NCBI GenBank assembly: GCA_963796055.1
Contig: CAWCKH010000004.1
Span: forward strand, 896,001 to 960,000
DNA: 64,000 nucleotides
Reading direction: 5' to 3'
DNA from: an uncultured delta proteobacterium
Lineage (GTDB): Bacteria; Myxococcota; Myxococcia; Myxococcales; Myxococcaceae
The notes under the pieces were generated by a model, which saw only the letters and a program-made list of their open reading frames with translations, was not told where the DNA came from and ran no database searches. Both the position numbers and the translations under genes were made by a program. Below, piece after piece: positions 10,324 to 20,451 of the stretch (position 1 is its first letter; the number at the start of each line of letters is the position of its first letter).

Positions 10324-13300
10324 TCAGTGCTCGGGCGCGGCCGGGGTCGGGCTGAGCCGGCCACCGCCGCCGATCTCCTTCGACTTGCCCTCCTCGGCCT
10401 CCTTCTCCGCCCGATGGTCGCGAGCGATGAGCAGGTAAATGACCGGCACGAAGAAGAGGGTGAAGAAGGTCCCCACCGCCATCCCGGTCACCAGCGTCCG
10501 GCCGATGCTGTTCCGCGCGGCGGCGCCAGGGCCAGTCACGTAGGTGAGCGGGAAGTGGCCGGCGACGGTCGCCACGCTGGTCATGAGGATGGGCCGGAGC
10601 CGGGTCATGGCCGCTTCGCGGACCGCGTCGATCTTGGTCCTCCCGGCCTCCTGGAGCTTGTTGGCGAACTCGACGATCAGGATGCCGTTCTTGGAGATCA
10701 GACCCACCAGGGTCACCAGCCCCACCTGGGAGTAGATGTTGATGGTGGTGCTGAACCGGTCGGTGAAGAAGGGGATCTGCGGATTCGGCATCTTCAAGAA
10801 GGCCGGGAGCATCGCCCCGAAGAGCGCCAGCGGCACCGAGCCGGCGAGGATCACGAACGGGTCGCGGAAGCTGTTGAACTGGGCGGCGAGCACCAGGAAG
10901 ATCAGCACCACCGCCAGGGCGAACGCGGGAAGGAACTTGTTCCCTTCCACCCGCAGCTGCCGGGACTCACCGGTGTAGTCGATCTTGTATCCCTGGGGGA
11001 GGATCTTCGCCCCCTCGTCCTCGAGGAAGCGGAGCCCGTCGTCCACCGACTGGGCCACGCCGCTGATCTTCACCGCGTTGAGCTGCTGGAAGCGGTTGAG
11101 CGAGCGCGGAACCACGTTGTCCTTCACGCTGGCGATCGACGAGAGCTTGACCAGCTGCCCGTTGGGACCGGTGACGTACAGGTCGGCCAGCTGCTCGGGG
11201 TTGAGCCGCTCGGTGCGGAGCAGCTGGGGAATCACCTTGTAGCTCCGGCCGGAGATGCTGAACCGGTTGACGAAGTTGCCACCCGCGGCGGCGCCGATGT
11301 CCTGACCGACCTGCTGGAGGTTCAAGCCGAGCTGGGCCACCTTCTCCCGATCGATGTCGATCTCCGACTGCGGCTGGTCGATCTTCACGTCGATCGGCGG
11401 AGGGAAATAGAACTTCCCGCTGGCCGCCGCCTTCTGCTGGAGCTGCTTGGCGAACTCGAGGATCTCGCTCTCCTCGGCGGTGGAGGCGATGACGATCTCC
11501 ACCGGGTAGGTGCCGCCGCCGGGAAGCGCCGGAGGGAGCACCGCGAAGCTCTCGATTCCCGGGATGGCCGAGATCCGCCGCTGGACCTCCGGGAGCACCT
11601 GCGCCGTCTTGCGCTTGCGCTGGTCCCAGGGCTTGAGCCCCACGCCCCAGAAGCCACCACCGGGGTTGGTGATCTGGAAGGTGAACCGCGATTCGGGGAT
11701 CTGCATCACCGACTTGACCACCGCTTCGGTGGAGACCGTGAGCTGGTCCAGGGTGGAGTTGGCCGGGGTGTTGACGATGCCGAAGATCACCCCCTGGTCC
11801 TCGGCGGGGGCGAGCTCCTTCACCGCCATCTGGAACATCAGGACGGTGAGGAGGGTGAGCACGCCCCAGGCGGTGTAGACGATCGGGCGGCTGTGGAGCG
11901 CCACGTCGAGCCACCGGCCGTAAGTCTGCCGGATGCGCTCGAATCCCCTGTTGATGACCCCGGCGAACCCCTCGCGCTCGCCGCCGGTGTGCAGGAGGTA
12001 GCGGGACATCATCGGGGAGAGGGTCAGGGCCACCACGCCGGAGATGGTCACCGCGCCGGCGAGGGTGAGCGCGAACTCACGGAACAGCGAGCCGGTCAGG
12101 CCGCCCTGGAAGGCGATGGGGGCGTACACCGCGGCCAGGGTGATGGTCATGGCGATGATCGGCCCGACCAGCTCGCGGGCCCCGACCATCGCCGCCTGGA
12201 AGGGAGTCTTCCCCTCGGAGAGGTGGCGCTCCACGTTCTCCACCACCACGATCGCGTCGTCCACCACCAGACCGACCGAGAGCACGACGGCCAGCAAGGT
12301 GAGGAGATTCAGGGTGAACCCGAACACCTGCATCAGGAACACCGCGCCGATCAGTGACACCGGGATCGCCACCACCGGCACCAGCACCGATCGGAACGAG
12401 CCGAGGAAGAGGAAGATGACGATGACCACGATGAGCAGCGTGTCCCGCAGGGTGCGGATCACGTCGTTGATCGCGCTCTGGATGTACTCGGTGCCGTCGT
12501 AGGCGACGGTGGCGGTGATCTGCGAGGGGAGCTCCTTCTGGATCGCCGCCAGCTCCACCCGCGCGCGCTTGATGACGTCGAGCGAGTTGGCGTTGGGGAG
12601 CGCCCAGATGCCGATGAAGACCGCGGTCTCTCCGGTGAAGGCCACCGCGGTGTCGTAGTCCTCCGCGCCCAGCACCACGTCCGCCACGTCCGCGAGCCGG
12701 ACCACCGCCCCCCCGCTCTGCTTGATGATCAGCCTCTTGAACTCGTCCACCGAGCGGAGGTCGGTGTTGGCGGTGAGGTTGACCTGGACCAGGGCGCCCT
12801 TGGTCTGTCCCACCGCCGCCAGGTAGTTGTTGGCCGCCAGCGCCTGGCGGACCTGGGCGGGGCTGACGTTGAGCGAGGCCATCCGGTCGGGCTTCAGCCA
12901 GATCCGCATGGCGAAGGTGCGGGCGCCGAGGATGTCCGCCTTCTGCACCCCCTCCACCGCGGTGAGCCGGGGCTGCACCACCCGGACCAGGTAGTCGGTG
13001 ATCTCGTTCTGGCGAAGGAACTTGGAGGAGAAGCTCAGGTAGGCCGAGGCGAACCGGCTGTCGGCGTTCTCGATGTTGAGGACCGGAACCTGTGCCTCGG
13101 GTGGCAGGTCGTTGCGAACCTGATCCACCTTGGAGCTGATCTCCGCCAGGGCCTTGGTCGAGTCGTAGTTCAGCCGGAGGCGGGCGCTGATGGTCGACAG
13201 GCCCTGGGTGCTGGTGGACTCGAGGTAGTCGATCCCGTCGGCCGCGGCGATCACCCGCTCCAGCGGGGTGGTGATGAATCCCCGGACCAGATCGGCGCTG

Positions 13301-13491
13301 GCGCCGACGTAGACCGTGGTCACGGTGATGACCGCGTTCTCGCTCCGCGGGTACTGCCGGACGTTCAGGGTCCGGATCGCCTGCACCCCGGCGATGATGA
13401 TGATGAGGTTGACGACGATGGCGATCACCGGCCGCCGGATGAAGAGGTCGGTGAAGCTCTTGCTCGGCTGGACGGGAGACTCGGTACTCAT
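10324..13491 (-). CDS. RND efflux transporter permease (AcrB/MexI-like)
   Basis: FIRRPV start, GLVVDDAIVVVEN, KNGILIVEFA, RLRPILMT. Confidence 0.97.
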   Translation of the reverse strand: MSTESPVQPSKSFTDLFIRRPVIAIVVNLIIIIAGVQAIRTLNVRQYPRSENAVITVTTVYVGASADLVRGFITTPLERVIAAADGIDYLESTSTQGLSTISARLRLNYDSTKALAEISSKVDQVRNDLPPEAQVPVLNIENADSRFASAYLSFSSKFLRQNEITDYLVRVVQPRLTAVEGVQKADILGARTFAMRIWLKPDRMASLNVSPAQVRQALAANNYLAAVGQTKGALVQVNLTANTDLRSVDEFKRLIIKQSGGAVVRLADVADVVLGAEDYDTAVAFTGETAVFIGIWALPNANSLDVIKRARVELAAIQKELPSQITATVAYDGTEYIQSAINDVIRTLRDTLLIVVIVIFLFLGSFRSVLVPVVAIPVSLIGAVFLMQVFGFTLNLLTLLAVVLSVGLVVDDAIVVVENVERHLSEGKTPFQAAMVGARELVGPIIAMTITLAAVYAPIAFQGGLTGSLFREFALTLAGAVTISGVVALTLSPMMSRYLLHTGGEREGFAGVINRGFERIRQTYGRWLDVALHSRPIVYTAWGVLTLLTVLMFQMAVKELAPAEDQGVIFGIVNTPANSTLDQLTVSTEAVVKSVMQIPESRFTFQITNPGGGFWGVGLKPWDQRKRKTAQVLPEVQRRISAIPGIESFAVLPPALPGGGTYPVEIVIASTAEESEILEFAKQLQQKAAASGKFYFPPPIDVKIDQPQSEIDIDREKVAQLGLNLQQVGQDIGAAAGGNFVNRFSISGRSYKVIPQLLRTERLNPEQLADLYVTGPNGQLVKLSSIASVKDNVVPRSLNRFQQLNAVKISGVAQSVDDGLRFLEDEGAKILPQGYKIDYTGESRQLRVEGNKFLPAFALAVVLIFLVLAAQFNSFRDPFVILAGSVPLALFGAMLPAFLKMPNPQIPFFTDRFSTTINIYSQVGLVTLVGLISKNGILIVEFANKLQEAGRTKIDAVREAAMTRLRPILMTSVATVAGHFPLTYVTGPGAAARNSIGRTLVTGMAVGTFFTLFFVPVIYLLIARDHRAEKEAEEGKSKEIGGGGRLSPTPAAPEH

Positions 13492-13505
13492 GGCGGAGAC
13501 CTTGC

Positions 13506-14774
13506 TCAGCGATCGACCGGAGCCGGGACGAACTGGACCGGCGGCGCGAGCGCGTTGTTGATCATGATCGTCTGGCCATTCCGGAGCTTGAACGCGCCGT
13601 TGCTGACCACCGTCTGGCCGGCCTGGAGGCCATTGAGCACTGCCACGAAGTCACCGCGTCGCTCGCCGAGGCGGACGAACTGCTGGCGGGCGACGAGGAC
13701 GGGCTTGCCGTCGGCCGGCTTCGGTGCGGGCTTCGCCGCGGGCTTCGCTTCCTGCTTGCCCTCCTCGGGCTTCGCCGGATCGTCCTTCTGCTCCTCGACC
13801 AGGTACACCGAGTCGCCGTACGGGGCGTAGATCACGCTGGTCGCCGGAACCACCAGCGCCTTGCCCGCCTTGCCGGCCTCGACCTCGACGTTGGCGAACA
13901 TCCCCGGGTTGAGCCGCCCGTCGGGGTTCTCCACCGTGGCCCGCATCCGGACGTTGCGGGTGGCGGGGTCGACCTCGGGGTTGATGGTGGTCACCGTCCC
14001 GTCCCAGGTCGCATCGGGGAAGACGTCGACCTTGAGCACCGCCTTCTGGCCGAGCTTCACGTCGGCCAGCGCCTGCTGCGGGAGCTGGAACTCGGCGTAG
14101 ATCGGGCTCACCGTCTGCAGCGAGACGATGGGCGTCCCGGGCGAGACCACCTGACCCAGCTCCACCGCCCGGATGCCCGCCCGGCCCTCGAACGGCGCGC
14201 GGATCACCTTCTTGCCGATGACCGCCTGGAGGTTGTTGACTGTGGCCCGGGCCTGCTTGTCACGTGCCTGCGCGGTCTCCAGCTCGGCCTGGGTGTTCAC
14301 CTCCTGCTTGCGGAGGCCCTCGGCGCGGTCGAGGGTCTGCCTGGCCAGCGCGGCATCGGCCTGGGCGCTGGCGAGCTGGGCCGACTCGGCGGAGGTGTCG
14401 AGCCGGACCATCAGCTGGCCCTTCTTGACCAGCGAGCCGTTCTCGAAGCCGATCTCCCGCACGGTGCCGGTCACCTCGGCGCTGAGCGTCGTGCCCCGCA
14501 GGGCGATCAAGGTGCCCACCGCTGGGCGCAGCGGCTGCCACTCGACCTGCTCGACCTTGGCGGTGGTGACCGCCACCGGCGGGGGAACCATCTTCTTCCC
14601 CGCCTGGATCATGGTGAAGATCTGGACGAACTTGGTCCCGGCAAGGAAGAGGACGAGCAGCAGCAGGGCGCCACCGGCCAGCAGCCACAGGCGGCGGCCT
14701 CGCCGTCTGGTGACTTGCACCGCAGGGGTGTCGTAGGAGGTGTCTTCGCGGGTGATCTGAGCAGGCTGGAGCAT
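13506..14774 (-). CDS. RND efflux periplasmic adaptor (MFP)
   Basis: N-terminal TM, IRAPFEG, LNPGMFA, lipoyl-like GSLVKKGQLMVRLD; adjacent to RND permease. Confidence 0.95.
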   Translation of the reverse strand: MLQPAQITREDTSYDTPAVQVTRRRGRRLWLLAGGALLLLVLFLAGTKFVQIFTMIQAGKKMVPPPVAVTTAKVEQVEWQPLRPAVGTLIALRGTTLSAEVTGTVREIGFENGSLVKKGQLMVRLDTSAESAQLASAQADAALARQTLDRAEGLRKQEVNTQAELETAQARDKQARATVNNLQAVIGKKVIRAPFEGRAGIRAVELGQVVSPGTPIVSLQTVSPIYAEFQLPQQALADVKLGQKAVLKVDVFPDATWDGTVTTINPEVDPATRNVRMRATVENPDGRLNPGMFANVEVEAGKAGKALVVPATSVIYAPYGDSVYLVEEQKDDPAKPEEGKQEAKPAAKPAPKPADGKPVLVARQQFVRLGERRGDFVAVLNGLQAGQTVVSNGAFKLRNGQTIMINNALAPPVQFVPAPVDR

Positions 14775-14945
14775 GAAGATCGGGTCCTCGCCGGGCGAGA
14801 CGATGGAGGGCGCGGTGAATTACCCGGAACGCGCGCGGAAGGCTCGGGAAAGTGCAGCGGCGTTCCATGAAGTTCCGTGAACGACGCGGCCCCCCCCGAG
14901 CCTGAGGCGTTGCGCGGAGTTACCACTGCCCACTGGACGGGGGAA

Positions 14946-17162
14946 CTACCCGCCCGGACGGTCCGTCGGCACGGGTGCAGCAGCTGGTTGGGCGGCGAGC
15001 GGCGGAACTGTGCTGCCACCGGCCTGGACGACCCGGGGCGCCTTCTCCGCGGCCATGCGCTGGGAGAGCGTGGCGTCCAGCTCGCGGCCGAACGCGGCGA
15101 CGGCGGCATCCGTCGAGGCCATCAACTTTCGCACCGCCGGCCAGAGCGGGTGGTCCGCGTCCTGCTGCTGGGCCACCCCCTGGGCGAGGAGGCCGAGGGC
15201 GGCGTCGCGATCGGCCGCCGTCGCGACCCGCAGCGTGACCAGCAGCTCGTCGGGCGCGGTCCGGGCCACGTCGGCCAGGGACGCGGCGACGGTGCGCTGG
15301 GCGGGGGCATCCCCGCGCGAGGCCCGCGCCAGCTCCACCAGCCGCGACAGCGCCTCGCCGTTCCCCTCGGCGGCGAGCGAGGTGAGGCTCCCCACACAGG
15401 GGAGCTCGACCTTGAGCTCCCGCGCCAGCTGCCGGAGCCGTCCGTACACCTCCTCGCCGGCGGTGAAGCTGTCCAGCAGGGCGCGGGTGCCGAGGTAGTC
15501 GCGGGCATCGCTCTGATAGATGGAGTCGGCGAGCACCGCCCGGACGGCGGGGTCGTGCTCGGTGCGCCAGGCGGTCCTCAGGAACGGGAGATTCCGCTGG
15601 TCGGCCTTCTGGGCCACGGCGAGGTAGGTCCGGATGCGCGCCTTGGCCTCCTCGTTGGAGGGGGCGCCGCGCCTGGTGGGTTCCATGAGAGTGGCCACGG
15701 CGCGGTCCGGTCCCCCGGGCGCGCCCACCGCCGCCACGGCGGCGCCGATGGCGTCGATGCCCTGGACCACCGGCGCGGTCCGCCCGGCGTGGTCGTTGAC
15801 GATGACGCTGAAGGCGAAGCGCTCGCCGCCCACGGACTGGACGTAGCCGCTGAGCGCCGAGACGTTCTCCAGCGTGCCGGTCTTCGCCCGGAGCCGCCCC
15901 ACCGCCTCGCTGCCCTCGAACCGGTAGCGGAGGGTGCCGTCCTTGCCGGCGATGCCGACCGAGGAGAGGTACTCGGGGGCGAGCGGGAACCGGTCCCACA
16001 TGACCTTGAGCAGCTGGGTGAGCTGGCGCGGGGTGAAGCGGTTGGTGTCGTTGAGCCCCGAGCCGTTGCGGAGGATGTACGAGCCGCGGGGGATTCCCAC
16101 CTCGCGCTCGAGGAATTCCTCGGCCACGGAGACGCCGTTGGCGGTGCTGCCGGGTGGCCCCTTCACCTCGGCGCCGAGCGTCTTCATCAGCTGCTCGGCG
16201 ACGAAGTTGCTCGAGTACTTGTTCATCCGCTTGAGGACCAGGTCGAAGGTCTCGCTCTGGGCCACGTAGAGGAGGCGGGCGCGCTCGGGGACCGCCCCCA
16301 GCTTCGGCTTTCCACGCACCCGGATGCCGTGCATCTCGAGAATCCGCTTGAAGGTGTACCCGAAGTACAGCGGCGGGTTGTCGATGCGCTTCCACACCGC
16401 CCACTCGCCCGAGACCGGGACGGTGCCGCGCACGGTGATGCGCTGCTGGCTTCCGGTCCACTGCGAGGACACCGATGCGCGCCGCGCCCGGCTGGAGGCG
16501 CCGACGGCGGCGTTGACCACCTCGAAGTAGTCGGACGGCGGCTCGAGCTCCACCACCGCCCGCCCGCCGCTGGCCGAGGCGCGGAGATAGACGCCCACCG
16601 CATTGGCGTTGAGGCTCAGCGCGCCGGTCGGGGCGGCGTAGGCGCGGTCCGACACTTCCTGCTCGAAGCCCGGGGCCAGCCGCTCGGGGTCGAACCAGCT
16701 GTCGTCGAGGACCAGGTCGCCCACCTCGCGGAGGCCCAGGTGGGCCAGCTCGGAGGCCATCGCGTGCAGCCGCTCGGTGGTGATGCTGGGGTCGCCCTTC
16801 CCGCGGATCCAGAGCGTCCGGGAGCGGTCGGTGGGGCCGGGTTCGACCAGGAACTCGGTGTCGAAGCGGTACTCGGGGCCGAGCCGGGCGAGCGCCGCCG
16901 CGGCGGTCACCAGCTTCACGTTCGACGCCGGATTCATCAGCGCGTCGGCGTCCTTGGCGAAGACGACGCTGCCGTCCTCGAGGCTGACCAGCTGGACCCC
17001 CAGCCGGCAGTCGCGGAAGGGGGCGCCCTGGGCGAGCTCGAGGAGGGTCTTCTTCAGCGCCTCGCGGTCGGCAGCCCGGTTGGGGGCGGCGGCGAGCGCT
17101 GACCCTGCGACCACCAAGGCACAGAGGACCGCCGGGATGACCGAGGGACGACGGGAGAACAA
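14946..17162 (-). CDS. dacB: D-Ala-D-Ala carboxypeptidase/endopeptidase (PBP4, peptidase S13) with C-terminal helical extension
   Basis: SxxK (PASNVK), SxN (YSSN), KTGT; GKGDP; probable TTG start after GGAG. Confidence 0.92.
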   Translation of the reverse strand: MFSRRPSVIPAVLCALVVAGSALAAAPNRAADREALKKTLLELAQGAPFRDCRLGVQLVSLEDGSVVFAKDADALMNPASNVKLVTAAAALARLGPEYRFDTEFLVEPGPTDRSRTLWIRGKGDPSITTERLHAMASELAHLGLREVGDLVLDDSWFDPERLAPGFEQEVSDRAYAAPTGALSLNANAVGVYLRASASGGRAVVELEPPSDYFEVVNAAVGASSRARRASVSSQWTGSQQRITVRGTVPVSGEWAVWKRIDNPPLYFGYTFKRILEMHGIRVRGKPKLGAVPERARLLYVAQSETFDLVLKRMNKYSSNFVAEQLMKTLGAEVKGPPGSTANGVSVAEEFLEREVGIPRGSYILRNGSGLNDTNRFTPRQLTQLLKVMWDRFPLAPEYLSSVGIAGKDGTLRYRFEGSEAVGRLRAKTGTLENVSALSGYVQSVGGERFAFSVIVNDHAGRTAPVVQGIDAIGAAVAAVGAPGGPDRAVATLMEPTRRGAPSNEEAKARIRTYLAVAQKADQRNLPFLRTAWRTEHDPAVRAVLADSIYQSDARDYLGTRALLDSFTAGEEVYGRLRQLARELKVELPCVGSLTSLAAEGNGEALSRLVELARASRGDAPAQRTVAASLADVARTAPDELLVTLRVATAADRDAALGLLAQGVAQQQDADHPLWPAVRKLMASTDAAVAAFGRELDATLSQRMAAEKAPRVVQAGGSTVPPLAAQPAAAPVPTDRPGG

Positions 17163-17397
17163 ACGGGCTGCACTCCGGGGCGAACGGCCGAGGGGTGGAT
17201 CTTCCCCTGCCCCTCTCCAGCACCGCAAGGTAGGCCGAGCGCGCACGCGGCACCCGTGTCAGTGGGCGCGCAGCCGGCGCACGCGTCCAGGGCGTGGTGG
17301 GCGTGGTCTGCAGACCCCGGCGAGGGCCGCACCCCCCAGGCGAGGCGGCTCCTGGGAGACGCGGACGCGCTGGGGCTCCGGCACGGCGCCCTTCCCA

Positions 17398-17425
17398 GCG
17401 GCCTGCGCGACCCTCGGCGCTCCGG
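17398..17425. repeat. Dispersed 28-bp GC-rich repeat (copy 1 of 3)
   Basis: GCGGCCTGCGCGACC-N5-CGCTCCGG also at 29851-29878 and 29964-29991. Confidence 0.75.
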
Positions 17426-17484
17426 CGTGCCGCGGCTGGTTCCGGCGTGCGGCGGCAGGCTCGGGCGTGTCGTGGCTGGTTCCC
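17421..17484. repeat. Degenerate 20-bp tandem repeat, 3 copies
   Basis: TCCGGCGTGCCGCGGCTGGT / TCCGGCGTGCGGCGGCAGGC / TCGGGCGTGTCGTGGCTGGT. Confidence 0.7.
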
Positions 17485-17497
17485 ACGTTGCAAGCAC

Positions 17498-17613
17498 GAA
17501 CCTTTTTCGGACGGTCTCCCGGGCGGGGGGGGCGCGCTCCCCCAGGATGTCGTCGGCGCGAAGGTAAGGGCGCCAGAGCCCCCCCCTCGCCGGCGACCGT
17601 CCGGAAAAGGTTC
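17498..17613. repeat. Long imperfect inverted repeat (MITE-like or structured RNA)
   Basis: GAACCTTTTTCGGACGGTC...GACCGTCCGGAAAAGGTTC, 18/19 complementary and extending through the G-run/C-run to about 35 bp. Confidence 0.8.
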
Positions 17614-17622
17614 CCATGTGAA

Positions 17623-18865
17623 TGCCGGCTCAGGCGGTCAACGCAACACCTGGCCTACTGGGAGGTGGTGCATGGGCATCCGCTCGAAGCCGAGAGTTCT
17701 CGGAGACATCCGGCTGAAGCGGCGATTCCTCACCACCGCGGAACGACGCGTCATGCTGGAGCGCATGTTCGCTGGCTAGGATGTGAGAGCAGTCGCCGCC
17801 TCGTATGGGTTTTTCCACCTGTCGGTGCATCGGGTGTTTCGCACGACGGGCGGCGTGAAGCCTCGGTGGCGGCCGAGGTCGCCTCTTCGACTGTCTCGTG
17901 CGGAGCGAGACGAGATTCTCAGAGGCCTGAGTGGGGGAGAGTCCATCCGGTCCATTGCCCGCACCCTGGGCAGAGCTCCCTCGAGCATCAGCCGGGAGGT
18001 TCGGCGGAACGGGGGGCGCCGGCAGTATCGAGCCTGGCTCAGCGACGAGTACGCGTTGCGGCGGGCGAGACGGCCGAAGCCGACCAAACTCGCGATTCAT
18101 CCTCGGCTCCGTGAGGCAGTCGAGCGCATGCTGCTGAAGCGCTACTCACCCGAGCAAATTTCGGAGACCCTCAAACGCGAGTACCCCGACGACGCGGAGA
18201 TGCGCGTGTCTCACGAGGCCATCTACAGGTCGCTCTTCATCCAGGGCAAAGGAGCGCTTCGGAAGGAGCTCGCCAGGTACCTCCGAAGCGGTCGAGTGGT
18301 CCGACGCCCTCGAGCCAGAGCCCCGATCCGCGACCGCTTTGGAACGATGGTCAGCATCCGCGAGCGCCCTGCAGAAGCGTCGGACCGGGCCATCCCGGGG
18401 AGCTGGGAAGGCGACCTCCTGGTGGGGAAGAAGCAGACGGCGATGGCCACCCTCGTCGAGCGCAAGAGCCGTTTCGTCGTCTTGGTCGCGCTTCGGGAGG
18501 GGAAGGATGCCGGGCACGTACGAGAGGCTCTGACTCGAAAGGTCCTCACGCTTCCGGAACAGCTCCGACGTGCGTTGACCTGGGACCGAGGCGTGGAGAT
18601 GGCCCAACACGCCCGCTTCACGGTGGACACCAACGTCCAAATCTACTTCTGCGACCCGCACAGTCCCTGGCAGCGGGGGACGAACGAGAACACGAACGGT
18701 CTGCTGCGACAGTACTTCCCCAAGGGCACCGACCTCAGCGTCTTCACCGAAGAGGAGCTCGACGCAGTGGCTGCAGAGCTCAACGACCGACCTCGACAGA
18801 CGCTTGGGTGGATGCGACCCTCCGAGGTCCTCGCCCAGGCGTTGCAATGACCGCTTGAGACCGCC
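17623..18865 (+). mobile_element. IS30-family insertion sequence
   Basis: 28-bp imperfect terminal IRs (17623-17650 and 18838-18865, 21/28 match); GAA duplicated on both flanks (17620-17622, 18866-18868); IS30 transposase inside. Confidence 0.92.
17672..18850 (+). CDS. IS30-family transposase with an in-frame TAG at 17777-17779
   Basis: HTH IARTLGRAPSSISREV; DDE motifs WEGDL, TWDRGVEM, RGTNENTNGLLRQYFPKG; the RBS-preceded ATG at 17672 is in frame with ORF 17783-18850. Confidence 0.9.
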
Positions 18866-19060
18866 GAAACGTGGGGACCCGAACGACGAGGTCGAGGCCA
18901 GGGCCGGAGTGACCGAGCGGCCCGGATCTCGTCCTGACCGGCTCCCGTCCGGGGCCAGGGCACCGCACCCGAGTCGGCGCGAAGGGAGCCGCGTCAGCCG
19001 AGCGTCGGTCGGCCTGAGCTCGGGCGGGTGGCTCGCCGCCGCAGGCTGGCCCCGCCCGGC

Positions 19061-20401
19061 TCAGGCCGCGGGCACCGCCACCACCCCGCCCCGCGCCGGC
19101 AACGCCCACAGGACCAGCATCCCGGAGACGCCCGAGACGAGCGAGCCGACCAGCACCCCCAGACGGGCCTGCTGCAGGCGGTCGGGGTCCCCACCGAAGG
19201 CGAGGTTGGCGATGAAGAGGGCCACGGTGAAGCCGATGCCCGCCACCATCGCCACCCCGTGGACCTGGCTCCAGGGGGCGCCGCCCGGGACCTCCGCCGC
19301 GCCCAGCTTCACCGCGCCCCAGGTGAAGGCGAAGATCCCCAGCTGCTTCCCCAGGAAGAGCCCCAGGGCAACGCCCAGGAACACCGGCGCAGTCAGGTCG
19401 GCGAGGGTCATTCCCTCCAGCGATACCCCCGCGTTGGCCAGCCCGAACAGGGGCATGATCAGGAACGCCACCCAGGGATGCAGGGCGTGCTCGAACCGCT
19501 GGAGCGGCGGCACCGCGTCCATCAGCTCGTCGTGCACGTAGAGGAGATCGCTGGTGTCCAGCCGCTCACTCACCTCGAGGGTCAGCACCGAGTGCTGCCG
19601 CAGCTCGGCCAGCACCTCGCGCGCCGGCCGCCGGGTCCCCGCGGGAACGAGCAGCCCCAGCAGCACCCCGGCCAGGGTCCCGTGCACCCCGGCGTGGTGG
19701 AACGCGATCCACATCGCCACTCCGGCGAGGGCGTAGACCAGCCAGGAATCCACCCCCATCCGTCCCGCGGCGAGAACCGCCACGGCCAGGAGCACCACCC
19801 AGCCGAGCGCGGCCACGTCCAGCCCGTCTCCATAGAAGAAGGCGATCACCAGGATGCCGGCGATGTCGTCGAAGATCGCCAGCGCGGTGAGGAAGACCAG
19901 CAGCGGCCGCGGGACCCGTCGGCCGAGGAGCACGATGCAGCCGATGGAGAAGGCGATGTCGGTGGCCATCGGGATGGCCCAGCCCCTCTCCCCCGGCGTC
20001 CCGCGGTTGAGGAGGAAGAAGATGGTCGCTGGCAGGAGCACGCCGCCGCTGGCGGCGATGGCGGGCAGAAGCGCCTGACGCAGGGTGCGGAGCTCTCCCT
20101 CCACCAGCTCCCGCTTGATCTCCATGCCCACGACGAAGAAGAAGATCGTCATCAGCCCGTCGTCGATCACCTGGCGCAGGCTGGCGTGAAAGCCGAGGTC
20201 TCCGAACGTGACCTGGACCGGCGTGGTCCATAGCCGCTCGAACTCGGCGTGCCAGGGCGAGTTCGCCAGCGCGAACGCCACCACCGCCGCGCCGAAGAGC
20301 ACGATCCCCCCCGCCGCCTCCAGCCGGGTGAACGCCCGGACAGGGTCGAGCACGATGGACTGGAAGATCGGCGGTGGTAGGCGGCGTGCTTGCTCGGCCA
20401 T
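19061..20401 (-). CDS. nhaA: Na+/H+ antiporter NhaA
   Basis: [37 protein letters not shown]. Confidence 0.96.
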   Translation of the reverse strand: MAEQARRLPPPIFQSIVLDPVRAFTRLEAAGGIVLFGAAVVAFALANSPWHAEFERLWTTPVQVTFGDLGFHASLRQVIDDGLMTIFFFVVGMEIKRELVEGELRTLRQALLPAIAASGGVLLPATIFFLLNRGTPGERGWAIPMATDIAFSIGCIVLLGRRVPRPLLVFLTALAIFDDIAGILVIAFFYGDGLDVAALGWVVLLAVAVLAAGRMGVDSWLVYALAGVAMWIAFHHAGVHGTLAGVLLGLLVPAGTRRPAREVLAELRQHSVLTLEVSERLDTSDLLYVHDELMDAVPPLQRFEHALHPWVAFLIMPLFGLANAGVSLEGMTLADLTAPVFLGVALGLFLGKQLGIFAFTWGAVKLGAAEVPGGAPWSQVHGVAMVAGIGFTVALFIANLAFGGDPDRLQQARLGVLVGSLVSGVSGMLVLWALPARGGVVAVPAA

Positions 20402-20451
20402 TGCCGGCGCACCATACCGACTCGCCGCTTCGGGGCCAGCCCCGGGTCCGC

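Noticed and set aside
17478..17622. SRP RNA, RNase P RNA, tmRNA or tRNA call for the hairpin
   Set aside because: No SRP domain-IV motif, no GAGGAAAGUCC, no tRNA-like ends on either strand; left as an unknown structure
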